From Tubulanus polymorphus (lineage: Eukaryota; Animalia; Nemertea): 64,000 bases of DNA. This document shows positions 34,445 to 45,725 of the stretch, piece by piece (within the stretch, counting starts at the first letter, position 1; the number at the start of each line of letters is the position of its first letter). The stretch is taken from positions 20,670,560-20,734,559 of the forward strand of contig NC_134027.1 of assembly GCF_964204645.1 (NCBI RefSeq), read 5' to 3'. The notes beneath the pieces are model-generated. The model was not told the origin of the DNA and did not search any database. It saw nothing but the letters and a program-made list of their open reading frames with translations. Position numbers and translations under genes: made by a program.

Positions 34445-36577
34445 GTACCTTGTCTCGTACACTCAAATATGCCGAGAAAAAGTATTATGAGACTAAATTA
34501 CTTGCAGCCAAATCCGATATGAAAAAATCATGGAATATCTTAAACAGTCTAATTGGAAAATCTTCCAATGATCGGAGTAGATTACCTTGCTCTTTCAAAA
34601 GGAACGGTATCGTTGTAAACGGCTATGAAAATATCGCTAATGAATTTAATTCTTTCTTTGTAAATATTGGTAGCAACCTAGCCAATCAAATACCAGATAC
34701 AGGTGTCCACTTCAGTGAATATCTGACAGATCCAGTAAATGAAAACTTTTTCTTTTTCCCGACCCACCCTGATGAAATCAGTCAGATTGTAAATGATTTC
34801 TCACCCAGCAAAGGCGCTGGTGCTGATGGTTTCTCTGTAAAAGTAGTTAAGAAAATAATTGATTCCGTAAAATACCCGCTAACTCATATTTAACTGTAGC
34901 TTAAATTCCGGTATAGTGTCGACTGAACTGAAGGTAGCGCGAATACGTCCACTCTATAAAGCTGGCAATAATGACTCTTTTGATAATTACAGACCGATAT
35001 GCGTACTGCCTTGCTTTTCTAAAATTCTCGAAAAGATAGTGTATAATCGATTAACCGAATATTGTAACAAGTTTCATATCATTCAACCAAACCAGTTCGG
35101 CTTTCGAAAGAACCATTCAACTGCCATGGCCTTAACATTGATAACTGATGAAATTTCACTAAATTTAGAAGAAAAAAAATCAACTATTGGGGTATTCTTA
35201 GATTTATCAAAAGCCTTTGACACCGTTGATCACGAAATCTTATTAAGAAAATTATGTTTTTATGGAATAAGAGGCATCTCTAACAACTGGTTTGAAAACT
35301 ATTTGAAGAATAGAAAACAATTTGTTCAAATTCAAAATTATAAATCCTCGTTATGTACCGTTAAAACTGGAGTACCCCAAGGCTCAATTTTAGGTCCCTT
35401 GCTTTTTTTATTATATGTAAACGACTGTATTAAATTTTCTAATGTGTTAAAACTTATATTGTTTGCCGATGACACACATGCCTTTTATAGTGACATTAAT
35501 TTAGACAGATTAGTACGTACAGTAAACATTGAATTATCAAAATTGTATACCTGGTTTCAAACAAACAAGCTGTCATTAAATGTAAAGAAGACGTCATTTA
35601 TGGTGTTCGGTAAACTATTGAAACATAACTTGAGAATATCAATTAACAACATAGAGATCAAACAAGTCAATGTCACAAATTTTCTTGGAGTTTTTATTGA
35701 CAGAAATCTAACCTGGGACGATCAAATAAAATCAGTTTCTCGAAGCATTGGTACAATAAATAGAGTAAGATATAAGCTGCCAGTGAGTTCTCTTCGTACC
35801 CTTTATTTGTCGCTTATTGATCCTTACCTCCAGGATTGTAACTTAATTTGGGGACGAAATTTTGAAAATAAACTTCAGCCATTAATTGTATTGCAAAAAA
35901 GAGCTATCAGGCTAATTTCTAATTCCTATTATTTGGCGCACACTGACCCTATATTCAAATCGTTTAATATCCTCAAGCTCAAAGATATTAATAAACTTCA
36001 GCTAGGTACTTTTATCTACAGATCTGTCCACTCCGAATTACCGAAATCATTCGAAAATTATTGGAGCCAAAATTTTCAAATCCACAGTCACAATACTCGG
36101 CGACGTCAAGATTTACAAACACTTTCTTTCAATAGTCTAAGAAGAAAATTTTCAGTAAAAATCCGGCCCTTTACTTTGGAATAACATCAGTGAAAATCTA
36201 AAAAACATGGAAAATTCTAAACTGTTCCTAAGAAATTATAGAAAGCAACTTTGTGATTTTATCATACAGTTATTCGAACTAAAATTATTGTTTTTGGAAT
36301 ATTTCAGAAAATAACTGGCTTATTAAATGATTATATCTTAATCAAGCTGTTATCATAGTTTACTTTGATTGCATTTTGTGTGTTAAGGGTTGACTGTGAG
36401 CATATTATTTTCTTTATTGCATTTCTCTTTTTTTCTTTTCTCTTTTGAGGGACCTGTTTTATACAAACTATTTCTTAGTTTCTACAGGCCCCTCCAGGTA
36501 TAATTTACTGTATTTTGTATTATGCTTTGTACACTATGCTGCAAATTATGTTTGAAAAATAAAGTGTTCAAATTCAA
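34445..36577 (+). mobile_element. 5'-truncated CR1/L2-group LINE (RT ORF2) with a 1-bp frameshift near 34888
   Basis: Motifs NYRPICVLP, QFGFRK, FLDLSKAFDTVDH, GVPQGSILGPLLFLLYVND, LFADD and FLGV; 3' stem-loop at about 36448-36495; AATAAA followed by a TTCAAA-type tail. Confidence 0.93.
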
Positions 36578-37119
36578 CAGAATCGACAGTACGAACTACA
36601 GTACCCGACGATCGAACAAACTTCAACGAAACCGACAGTGGAAGATTGCGAAAAACGTAAAAGGGCTTCGCTTTCTTCATCCGACGAATCTGCGCCACAA
36701 ACACCGAGGAAAAAGTTGATACAGGATAAAAATACCGTCAATTGCGATAACGGACCACTGAACGAATTAAAGAATAAGTTACAGTCTGTAATCAACCAAA
36801 TATCGAACACTTCTCTTCACGGAACAGACCGTGAAAGTGACTTTCTCCGCAGCGCGAGTTTTGAAGGGCTAACGACCAACCAACTCAACAGAGAACAAGA
36901 CACTGACAATAAACGGTTAAAGGAAATGTACAAAGTAAGGGGAAAATTAACGTCGAACCCCTCGTCAGAAGACATTAAAACGCTGAAACATCGTATCTCA
37001 GCGAGAGAAAAGGAAATAAAAATAATAATAATAATAATAATATTGAGCACACCACCCGTACGTTCATTTGAAATGCCCCTCCAATCAACCAACGAATTGC
37101 ATGATATCATGCTAAACTT

Positions 37120-37635
37120 GTGGGACTGCCATTAATTGAAAAATACCAAGGTAGTCGCTCGACGATGATATTAGGATTCTGTATGTTTGTTGTATCACTG
37201 TTTGACATTATTTTTTATATCCCTCGTGTATACATACATTTTTCAAGAGAGCGCCTGTCAGAAAAGTACGTACATTTTTCTTTGACCTCTCTCCCCGTAC
37301 AAAGTTACTACATTATTTGTTACCCCTCCCCAAAAACCGTATGTACTATTTGAAACGTCCTTATACTGATGCCTGATACCAGTTTTTCCCATTGTCAAGG
37401 TACATGTTTTATGCTTAAATTGAGGGACTATTAATTGAAAATTGCCGAGTCGCTCGACGATGATATTAGGAGTTTGTATTACTGTTTGACATTATTTTTT
37501 TAATAATGACATTATTTTTTTTTTCTTAAGAGAGCTCCTGTCAGAATAGTACGTACATTTTGCTTTGACCCCCTCCCCATACAAAGTTTTACATTATTTG
37601 TTTACCGTTCCCCAAAAACCGTATGCACTATTTGA
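37120..37635. repeat. Diverged ~230-bp direct repeat pair (about 37120-37355 and 37423-37635)
   Basis: Both copies share gggact..attaattgaaaa...gtcgctcgacgatgatattagga...ccccaaaaaccgtatg.actatttgaaa. Confidence 0.75.
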
Positions 37636-39113
37636 AAGCTCTTTATAAAACGTACCACGAACGCATGCATCAGCAGCCCCCAGAGCCATTCCGAGAGGCT
37701 GCGTTTTGGCCTCCCTATCTGTCAGTAACCTATCTGTGGTATGGAACCATTCTGAAAACTGCGCAATGGGCCTGTTCCCCTGCAAGAACCATTCTGAGAC
37801 GCTGCGTATGGACCGGCAACACGGTCAGAACATATCGCTAAGTCCAATCATATTAATTTTGATCCAAAGATTACGTTTGATGAATGTCTTAACCAATGTT
37901 TTAAACAACTGAGGCACAAATCAGTGTTGAGAGAACTGCGTCATGTACTGATTGATGCTGCAGGTCAGTAAATTACTATAGTACAACTACCGAAGCATAG
38001 TACGGTACTTAACTGTTAGATGGCGAACACATCTTTTATAACTGAATTGTAGCCTGGGCTTAGAATGAATATTGTGACTCCCTCAGACCACCAATCTGTT
38101 TGAAACATGTATCTTGATGACGGGAAAAACTGGTATTAAGCTTCAGTAAAAAGACGTTTCAATACATGCATTAATTAATTTCCCTATAATGTGTCGCGGT
38201 AAATACCGTCCGTCCAGCTTTAAAGTATAGATTCGAATCTGTTTCCCGGACTAAGCTGCAAAGATCGTGTATTGTCAGCTGACCTCGTCAGTACCAGTAA
38301 TGCTGACTTCATAAGCTCGAGATTTTTTTTATTTCTATCTTATGTAGACATTTCATGTTACAGACAAACTAAACCCCATCAACCAGTCCGTTATATTAAT
38401 TAAGAATTTGAGGGGGTAGCGCTCGTACGCAGTCCCCCATTACCAGAAATTGAAATTCACACACAATTGCTGTATAAAAGATGTTACAGATATAACTCAC
38501 CACAGTCCGTTGCTAATTAAGAATTCAGAGGCCGCTTGTCGTCGTATTACACAAAATCAGTTGACATAAGCAACATGATCGAGATCAGCATCGATGACAC
38601 CAGTTGAAGATAAACAGGGCCATCTGGGGTTCGAACCCAAAAATGACTGATACTAATTCTTAGTAGTCATGATGAGTAGAGGATATACAGGGGTGTCCCG
38701 GGTTCGGACCCAAGCTGATTGATTGTGAGTGGTCCCGAGGCTGAATTAGGATGTAGTTTACTCATCTTTGCATTACGATCATCTGAATTGGTTTTTCAAT
38801 CATAATCGAGAGCACGCTTCTCTACATGTGTCATAATTTACAAAGTGTTTCCCATGAAGGAAACCCCGAGATCACCTTTAAATGTTTGTATCTAAAGTGC
38901 AGGTCTCGAAGATTATGGAAACTAAATGCGAGCTAGATCCACTCCTGGTGGTGCGTCCAACCGCAAAACAAATTATTGACAATTTGATCAAATTTTCAAT
39001 ACAACATTTTTATTCATCATTTTCTTCTTCTGTTTATTTAGTGTTTCAGGTTTGACTAGACGTGTTGTATCGTGACTTGACCTTGTAGGATCATTAACTG
39101 CCAAAAGCGGTGT

Positions 39114-39232
39114 CAGGGGCTGCAGTTGCTAAAAAGTTGGTTAGAGTTTACCACTAGATAGTTGGCATAGTGACAATTAAAAGTTCATTGTGACTGTGGT
39201 TTTAACAAACTTTTGAGCAACTGCTGCCCCTG
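39114..39232. mobile_element. Small palindromic MITE
   Basis: TIRs CAGGGGCTGCAGTTGCTAAAAAGTTGGTTA ... TAACAAACTTTTGAGCAACTGCTGCCCCTG. Confidence 0.65.
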
Positions 39233-39446
39233 GTATCCAGGGGAAAGATTGTTCAGGCACTTTAAAACTAGGAGTAGAAGTTTATATTCGTTACGAAACA
39301 AAATTGGCAGCCAGTGAAGCGCAGTTGAAATACCTGTAATCAGCTCAACAAATTATTGACAATTTGATCTAATTATCTATACATCAAATAATTGTTGATT
39401 TGTATTCACCATTTTCTTCTGTCTATGTCCGGTGAAGATGAATGAA

Positions 39447-40421
39447 TTAAATCGAACCTAAAATCAATGGTTGTTTGACTGAATTTCTACAGTAGATTTT
39501 CATACAGAAATATTCACGAATTTCTCGTCCCATTAAAAGATATATGTAGAAATTTACCGCGTAGTTACATACTTGAAATTGCGCAAATATGTCGTACAGA
39601 AAATCTCTCTGTTCAAGTGGGACTGGTAAAAATGTAGTAATAGCGGATGGAAGTGTGAAAATTGCAAATGCGAGTGAAACTGTTACAAGCATTATTGTTG
39701 TACGTTTTGATTTTGTAGTTTTCCGATCGGACGAAACTATTTTCGAACTCCTGAATAACTGAACGATTATAACAGCATTTGATGTAACGATCAAAGATAA
39801 AGGTAGCATGTTAGATTGGATGATAATTACGGTGAAAACTGTTATTTGGTCAAATAATTCCCAGTAACATCCTGAAAACTGATCGGTGAAATGTATCGAC
39901 AAAGTGGGCAGAAGATATAGAACCAGTGCATTTACTGTAGTGATTATCAATACAGCATATCTAGCGAATCTCGGTGTACATATCAAACGAGATGTGAACG
40001 GGAAGAGCACAACCGCCGCACGTTCTAGAGATATAACTACAATTAAAGACGAACTATTGCAGCCGGCAAGTATTACTGTAAATTCATAGATTTGGCAACT
40101 GATCAGTGAATCCATGATGAATATAGGACCGTCTTTAACGTGCAAGAGAAGAAACTGTAAAACAGGCATCAGCGTATAATTGATACAGACCAGGAAATCA
40201 CAGAGAGACAAAACTATCAGATAGTTAGCGTAGGATAAACTGCGGAATCTATGAGTAAGCATTATGAGGAAAGTAGCTGAATTTCCAAAGGCTCCAAACA
40301 AGAACACGATAGGCAACATGACCAGTAACACAGTACGGTAGATTCCATACCTATTCACCACGGACATCAGAACAATGTAACTGCTATAAGTTCGACCAAT
40401 TTGTATCTGAGAAGAATTCAT
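39447..40421 (-). CDS. Intronless class A GPCR, 324 aa; paralog of the 12/17-kb pair
   Basis: Shares FGAFGNSATFLIM, SLERAAVVLFPFTSRLICTPRFAR, TTKSKRTTIMLVTVSLAFAIF and NFYIYLL.GREIREYF. Confidence 0.9.
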   Translation of the reverse strand: MNSSQIQIGRTYSSYIVLMSVVNRYGIYRTVLLVMLPIVFLFGAFGNSATFLIMLTHRFRSLSYANYLIVLSLCDFLVCINYTLMPVLQFLLLHVKDGPIFIMDSLISCQIYEFTVILAGCNSSSLIVVISLERAAVVLFPFTSRLICTPRFARYAVLIITTVNALVLYLLPTLSIHFTDQFSGCYWELFDQITVFTVIIIQSNMLPLSLIVTSNAVIIVQLFRSSKIVSSDRKTTKSKRTTIMLVTVSLAFAIFTLPSAITTFLPVPLEQRDFLYDIFAQFQVCNYAVNFYIYLLMGREIREYFCMKIYCRNSVKQPLILGSI

Positions 40422-41453
40422 GATTCACGAGGATGAACTGTTGAAGGTGGGGACTGACTGTAACAATAAACTGGCGCAAATTAAAGCCCCGTCCAATTTA
40501 TCAAAGCTCACAATTCATTGTTTGTATCGAATGAAAAATCAATTTTCAGAAATCCAACACAATTAGTTACTCATATTTTGCGAAAGTTTATTATTGTGTA
40601 AAATATAAATCTAACTATATTTAATAAAAGTATTCGTTATACAAGAATTTATTGTAAATCGTGAAATATCTCATAGTTGAGCATTTATCTTAGCAGGTTG
40701 GAAAATGTCTATATATACGTTGTTCCGCCATTTCACGACATGTTGGATTGCGTTGACTTTTCTCACAGAGAGGTGTTAGACAACCCCCGACCCCACCAGG
40801 AGATGGCGTACCCAGTGGTTTACATCATCACCCGTATAGAGTCAATCGGATCGGTTCCATGTGCGGAATCGTCACCGTGGACAGTACCATGCGCTGCTGT
40901 GGATGTGCGGGGATCACTGGTCAGGATACAGTAGTGCGCCGGACACTCACTGGCTTCATCTTATCTCCCCCGCATTATATTAAAATGTCCCATACTTGTA
41001 TATTTTTGTATATCCTTATGGTATGTTGTAATTTATTGTGAAAATAAATAATAATAATAATAATTATTATTATTATTATTATAAATTTTGATATTTTTCC
41101 ATTTACTCTGCTTTATCATAGGTCTTTTTTAATCATTTTTTCATTTCATCCACCAGGTAAATATCTAGATTCATGTGTTTGCAAAGATTTCTATGGAAGG
41201 AGACGCCCAGTCCACCTTTAAATGATCGCATCTGAAGTGAATAGTCGTCAGTTTCGAGTATTATGAACAAGGTCTCAATCTTTCCTTGTTCCACCCATGT
41301 GTTAGCAAATCCAACAAAAATATCAGCTCAAGAAACTGTTGGTAGTTTTATCTAAATATCAATGCATTAATTTATTATTAGATTTGAACTCACCATTTCT
41401 TCTGTTTATGTCGGGTAAAGATGTGTGCAGTGAATCAAACTTAAAATCAATGG

Positions 41454-42115
41454 TTACTTGAATGAATTCCTACAGCGGATTTTCATACAGAAATATGCAC
41501 GAATTTCTCGTCCCAGTAATAGATATATGTAGAAATTTACCACATAGTTACAAACTTGAAACTACGCAAATATGTCGTATAGAAAATCTTTCTGTTCCGG
41601 TGGGACTGGTAAAAATGTAGTAATTAGCGGATGGAAGTATGAAAATTGCAAATGCGAGTGAAACTGTTACAAGCATTTTTGTTGTACGCTTTGATTTTAT
41701 AGTCTTCTGATCGGACGAAACCATTTGTGAACCTCTGAATAACTGAATTATTATAACAGAATTTGATGTAATGATTATAGTTAATGGTATAATGTTAAAT
41801 TGGATGACAATTATGGCGAAAACTGTCATTTGGTCAAATAATTCCCAGTAACATCCGAAAAACCGATCGGTAAAATGTAGTGACAAAGCAGGGCTGATAT
41901 ATAGAACGAGTACATTCACTGCAGTAATGACTAATATAGCAAATCTAGCGAATTTTGGTGTACATATCGAACGACATGTGAACGGAAAGAGCACAACTGC
42001 CGCACGTTCTAGAGATATAGCCACTATCAACCACGTACTATTGCAGCCAGCAAGTACTATTGTAAATTCATATATTTGGCAACTGATCAGTGAATTCATC
42101 ATGAATATGGGACCG
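41454..42115 (-). pseudogene. GPCR pseudogene of the same family, 5'-truncated and frameshifted
   Basis: Homology starts at GPIFMMNSL (TM1-2 are missing and replaced by unrelated sequence from about 42116); a 1-bp insertion at about 41623 shifts TM7; TAA at 41454-41456. Confidence 0.85.
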
Positions 42116-42738
42116 GGCAGGTTGGCACCTTAATGAGTTAATCAATCAAATAGCTTTTTGGCAAGCGGGTTTACCCCTTGTTATTTGAAAGTGGCCCAAA
42201 ATATTATTTCTTACATTATATATTTGAAATCAGCGTATGAAAACTAGTAGAATGGCACAAATTTCAAACTCGTACTCAAAATTGTAATTGGGCACAATTT
42301 GACCCCTATTTGACCCCATTTCTCGTTATGCGATGGCCGTAAAACCAGTGGCCCTGAAGGAATGATGTGTGCTAGTTTCAGCTTCGTATTCAAATGTGTA
42401 ATTGGAGCTTTATTTTGGGAGTTTAGGGTGCACCTTAAAGCCCCGACCCATACATGCAAGAATCCCGATTTGTGAAAGCCATCATATACACTCTTCATTG
42501 AGATTATCAAAAGCTTTCTTACTCAATAGTGTATTCAAACCAGACAGGCTCTCTAACTATCGCAATTAACAAAATCACACAGAAAACAACCAAATGATAA
42601 ACAAAGAATTGGCATTTTAATCATCAAATGAGTGTGTTGTAAGCTTAAATAAATCTGTGTATACAGTTTACATGGAATAATTTTTCAATATAAAACAACA
42701 AAGAAATAATATCTGGTATTTTTTTGAGTTAGTCACTT

Positions 42739-43094
42739 TCATCCGATACTGTTAAAGAAATCTAGAGTTATTTCTTGCTGATTTCGATATCTTTCCATAA
42801 ACGCTTCGGCCCATTCGTTTTTGCCCATTTCCCGTAAAGCTTTTTCCAAATCGTGAACCTTCTCCCGATCTTTAGCCGGACCGCGCATCTCCTTCCAGTA
42901 GAACAAGGTCTTCTGGGCCATTTCCTTGTCGGTTTGGTCTTCCTGATCTTTGGTTATTTTGAAGTTGACCAGAGTTGTGGTGGGTATGTTTAGGTACATC
43001 CCGACTACTAAACCGTTGCCGAGTTCACGAGAAATGTTCGCTAAACTGGTCAACGATAAAACCGCTGCCTCTTTCTTCTTCTCTTGTTTCGGTT
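42739..43094 (-). CDS. Terminal exon encoding a death-domain-like helical bundle
   Basis: Acceptor ttccag at 43095; LANISRELG...VGMYLNIP...MAQKTLFYWK...LEKALREMGKNEWAE fits the death-domain pattern; stop at 42739. No complete upstream gene is evident. Confidence 0.55.
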
Positions 43095-45725
43095 CTGGAA
43101 GATAGAATTCAGAATCGTAAATACAAAAAAATGAGTCATAATACTACGCAAATAAACTAACATAGATAATGATAAACATTATCGACGATGAATTCTAGCG
43201 CGAGTTCGAAACGTCGTGTTTTAACGGATAACGAAAGTTAGTTTTTGCTAGGGCGCAAAAACGAATATCATGGAGAAAAAACGAAACATCATAGAGTAAA
43301 AACGAATATTTTCGTTTTTGCGCTATAATATTTCGTTTTTGCGCGTAAAAGTTCGTTTTTGTGAGGTAGCAAAAACGAAAGTTTGTTTTTGTTAAGGCGC
43401 AAAAACGAAAAATCATAGAGCAAAAACAAATATTTTCGTTATTGCTCTATAATATTTCGTTTTTTTTCCGCGGTAGCAAAAACGTAGTTTTCGTTTTTGC
43501 TTTATAGGTTTCGTTTTGCGTTTTTCTATAATCGAGGTCGTGTAAAAATTAATGCATTTGGTCCTTATCAGCGACCATAATCATATAACTCCAGTTGATC
43601 ATACACGTAATTTTTCGCGAATAATGCTGGCTGTGGCTGCAAGTGTGCCTTTAGAAAAATTTAAAAACTGCTAGTTCTTACGATGAAACGTAATAACCAG
43701 GATCCAGTTCCACAGTCATGAGTTAGAGTTAACTCTCAGTTACAATGAGTTCATTTTTAATGAGCTATAACTCTGCGTCAAATTTTAACTCGCAACTGTA
43801 AAACTGGGTCCTGTAGACCAATAAAACTAGTCCGCCTGGCCAGTGATCGTATTCAGCTTGTCCTACATGCGTAATGTCATTCGAAAGTGTCACTCTAAAT
43901 ATTTGAATAAATATATTCTTGGTTTTGAAATTCTTTATTGGGTTTTTATTATATAATCTATTATCCACGTGGTTGTTAAACTAATGGTAAAAATTGTTTC
44001 ATCTAACGTTCAAACTATGTTCATGTTTAAGTTCTCGTTTTAAGATGAGGGAACTTCTGTATATTCTCATTAATAATATTGGTTAAAGATAAAGCTATCT
44101 TAAACATCGTTATCGATGCAGGATCTCGGAGAAGCCGAACATGGACCGACGAACAAAAACATATTGATAGAAACCTATGAAAACTGAAATGACGAGAACC
44201 AGAGGCATACGCCAAGGAGGGACGATTATAGGTGAATTTCCATATGGTGGACGAATTAAACATTCGGTTTGAATTGAAACGATCATGTTTTTATCTCGGA
44301 TTAGAAAAAAATCAACACCCCTATGACAAAAACCACTACCAAGTTTAGGAATGTGTTGAAATACGAATTGTTTGTTGTTAGCAATGCAAGCCAAAATTTC
44401 TTTTTTTGCATTTTACTTTTAACAGATGTATCAGCTTAATTTCTGTTCATCAGCTTGTCGTCTGAGGTTTTGAAGATTTCTCTTATATGGATTGAGATAC
44501 AGAAAACTAAACGAGTTCAAACTGTGCATTGACTCAAAATTTGAATCGTGTATTAGCTCAAAACATGCGTTGGTAGTTGACGTTATAATCGGATACATTA
44601 CCGATACAATGGTTGCTAGCCATGCTTATAAATTATCAAACTAGTTTGAAACGCGAAGTCAAGTCTTCTGTAATACAGAATATCCAGGATATACGAAAGA
44701 TTATTAAACACGGATAGATAGCATTTGCAATGCGCCAACTACTAAATTTTCGTTCAAAACACTGAGAAATACTTAAACGCATAAGCCGTGTTCGCTTTTT
44801 AATTTCTAACAGATCGAAATCGTTGTTAACTATTGAAGTGAAATGGGATCGGTTCGAACATTACGCTCTAAGCAAATGAACCTCACCTTCCATTCCAGAT
44901 TCTGATTTTGTGGCTATGTGCCGAAATTACTCCAATATTTGTTTGTAATCTGTCCGAGCTTCGCTTTGCGAATACACTAAAATATAGAATGTCGATTCAG
45001 TGCATGGTTACCGGGTGTTGTACTGAATGTCAACACGGTTGAAATACTACAATCAAATGCGATTAATCAGACTGTCAATGGCACGTCGGCTTTCAATGAG
45101 GTCTAGTTTTATACCCTGCGCGCTTATAAACTAAAAAGGAATTCATAGTGTGACGACAATTATCACTGATTGCGAACGATTTTCTTAATTCATTTCAACT
45201 TGGAGAGTTTAGAAATTTGTTGGGGGGTTGATGCAAATAATAAGGTACATTTCTGATATACATGTATCTTAATGAAGAGAGTAGTAATCAATGCAAAATG
45301 TTGACACATGATGTGGCTAATTATTCAACTTAGGAAAAACTGCACGTTCAATTTCGTATCGAATATTAGGGGCTTATATTCTTGTAGCCCACCATCCGGT
45401 AAATTATTTTCAAATCTACACTTTTGCTTTTAGTATTATTGAAGTTATTATTGCGAACGCTTTGAATAAGGACAAATAAAAGAATACTTGAAATTAATGT
45501 GTGATAAGATCTATCTAACATTTGGCAAGTCATGTAAATATAATATTCAAAAGGCCCACCGTGGCATGAGGTTACGTTGTTATGGTTATCGTTGTGGAAA
45601 TCTATGTTTCTGCAACAGTTTAAAATCCGTTATCGATGGCCCGAAGTTGTCACATGGACAACAGTCATTTGTTTTAAAATGGTGGCAATATCTGCTCGCA
45701 GAATTTCGTCTCAGTAAAATCGATA

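Noticed and set aside
38620-38715. tRNA genes suggested by GGTTCGAACCC / GGTTCGGACCC
   Set aside because: Only B-box-like words are present with no cloverleaf; at most a SINE remnant.
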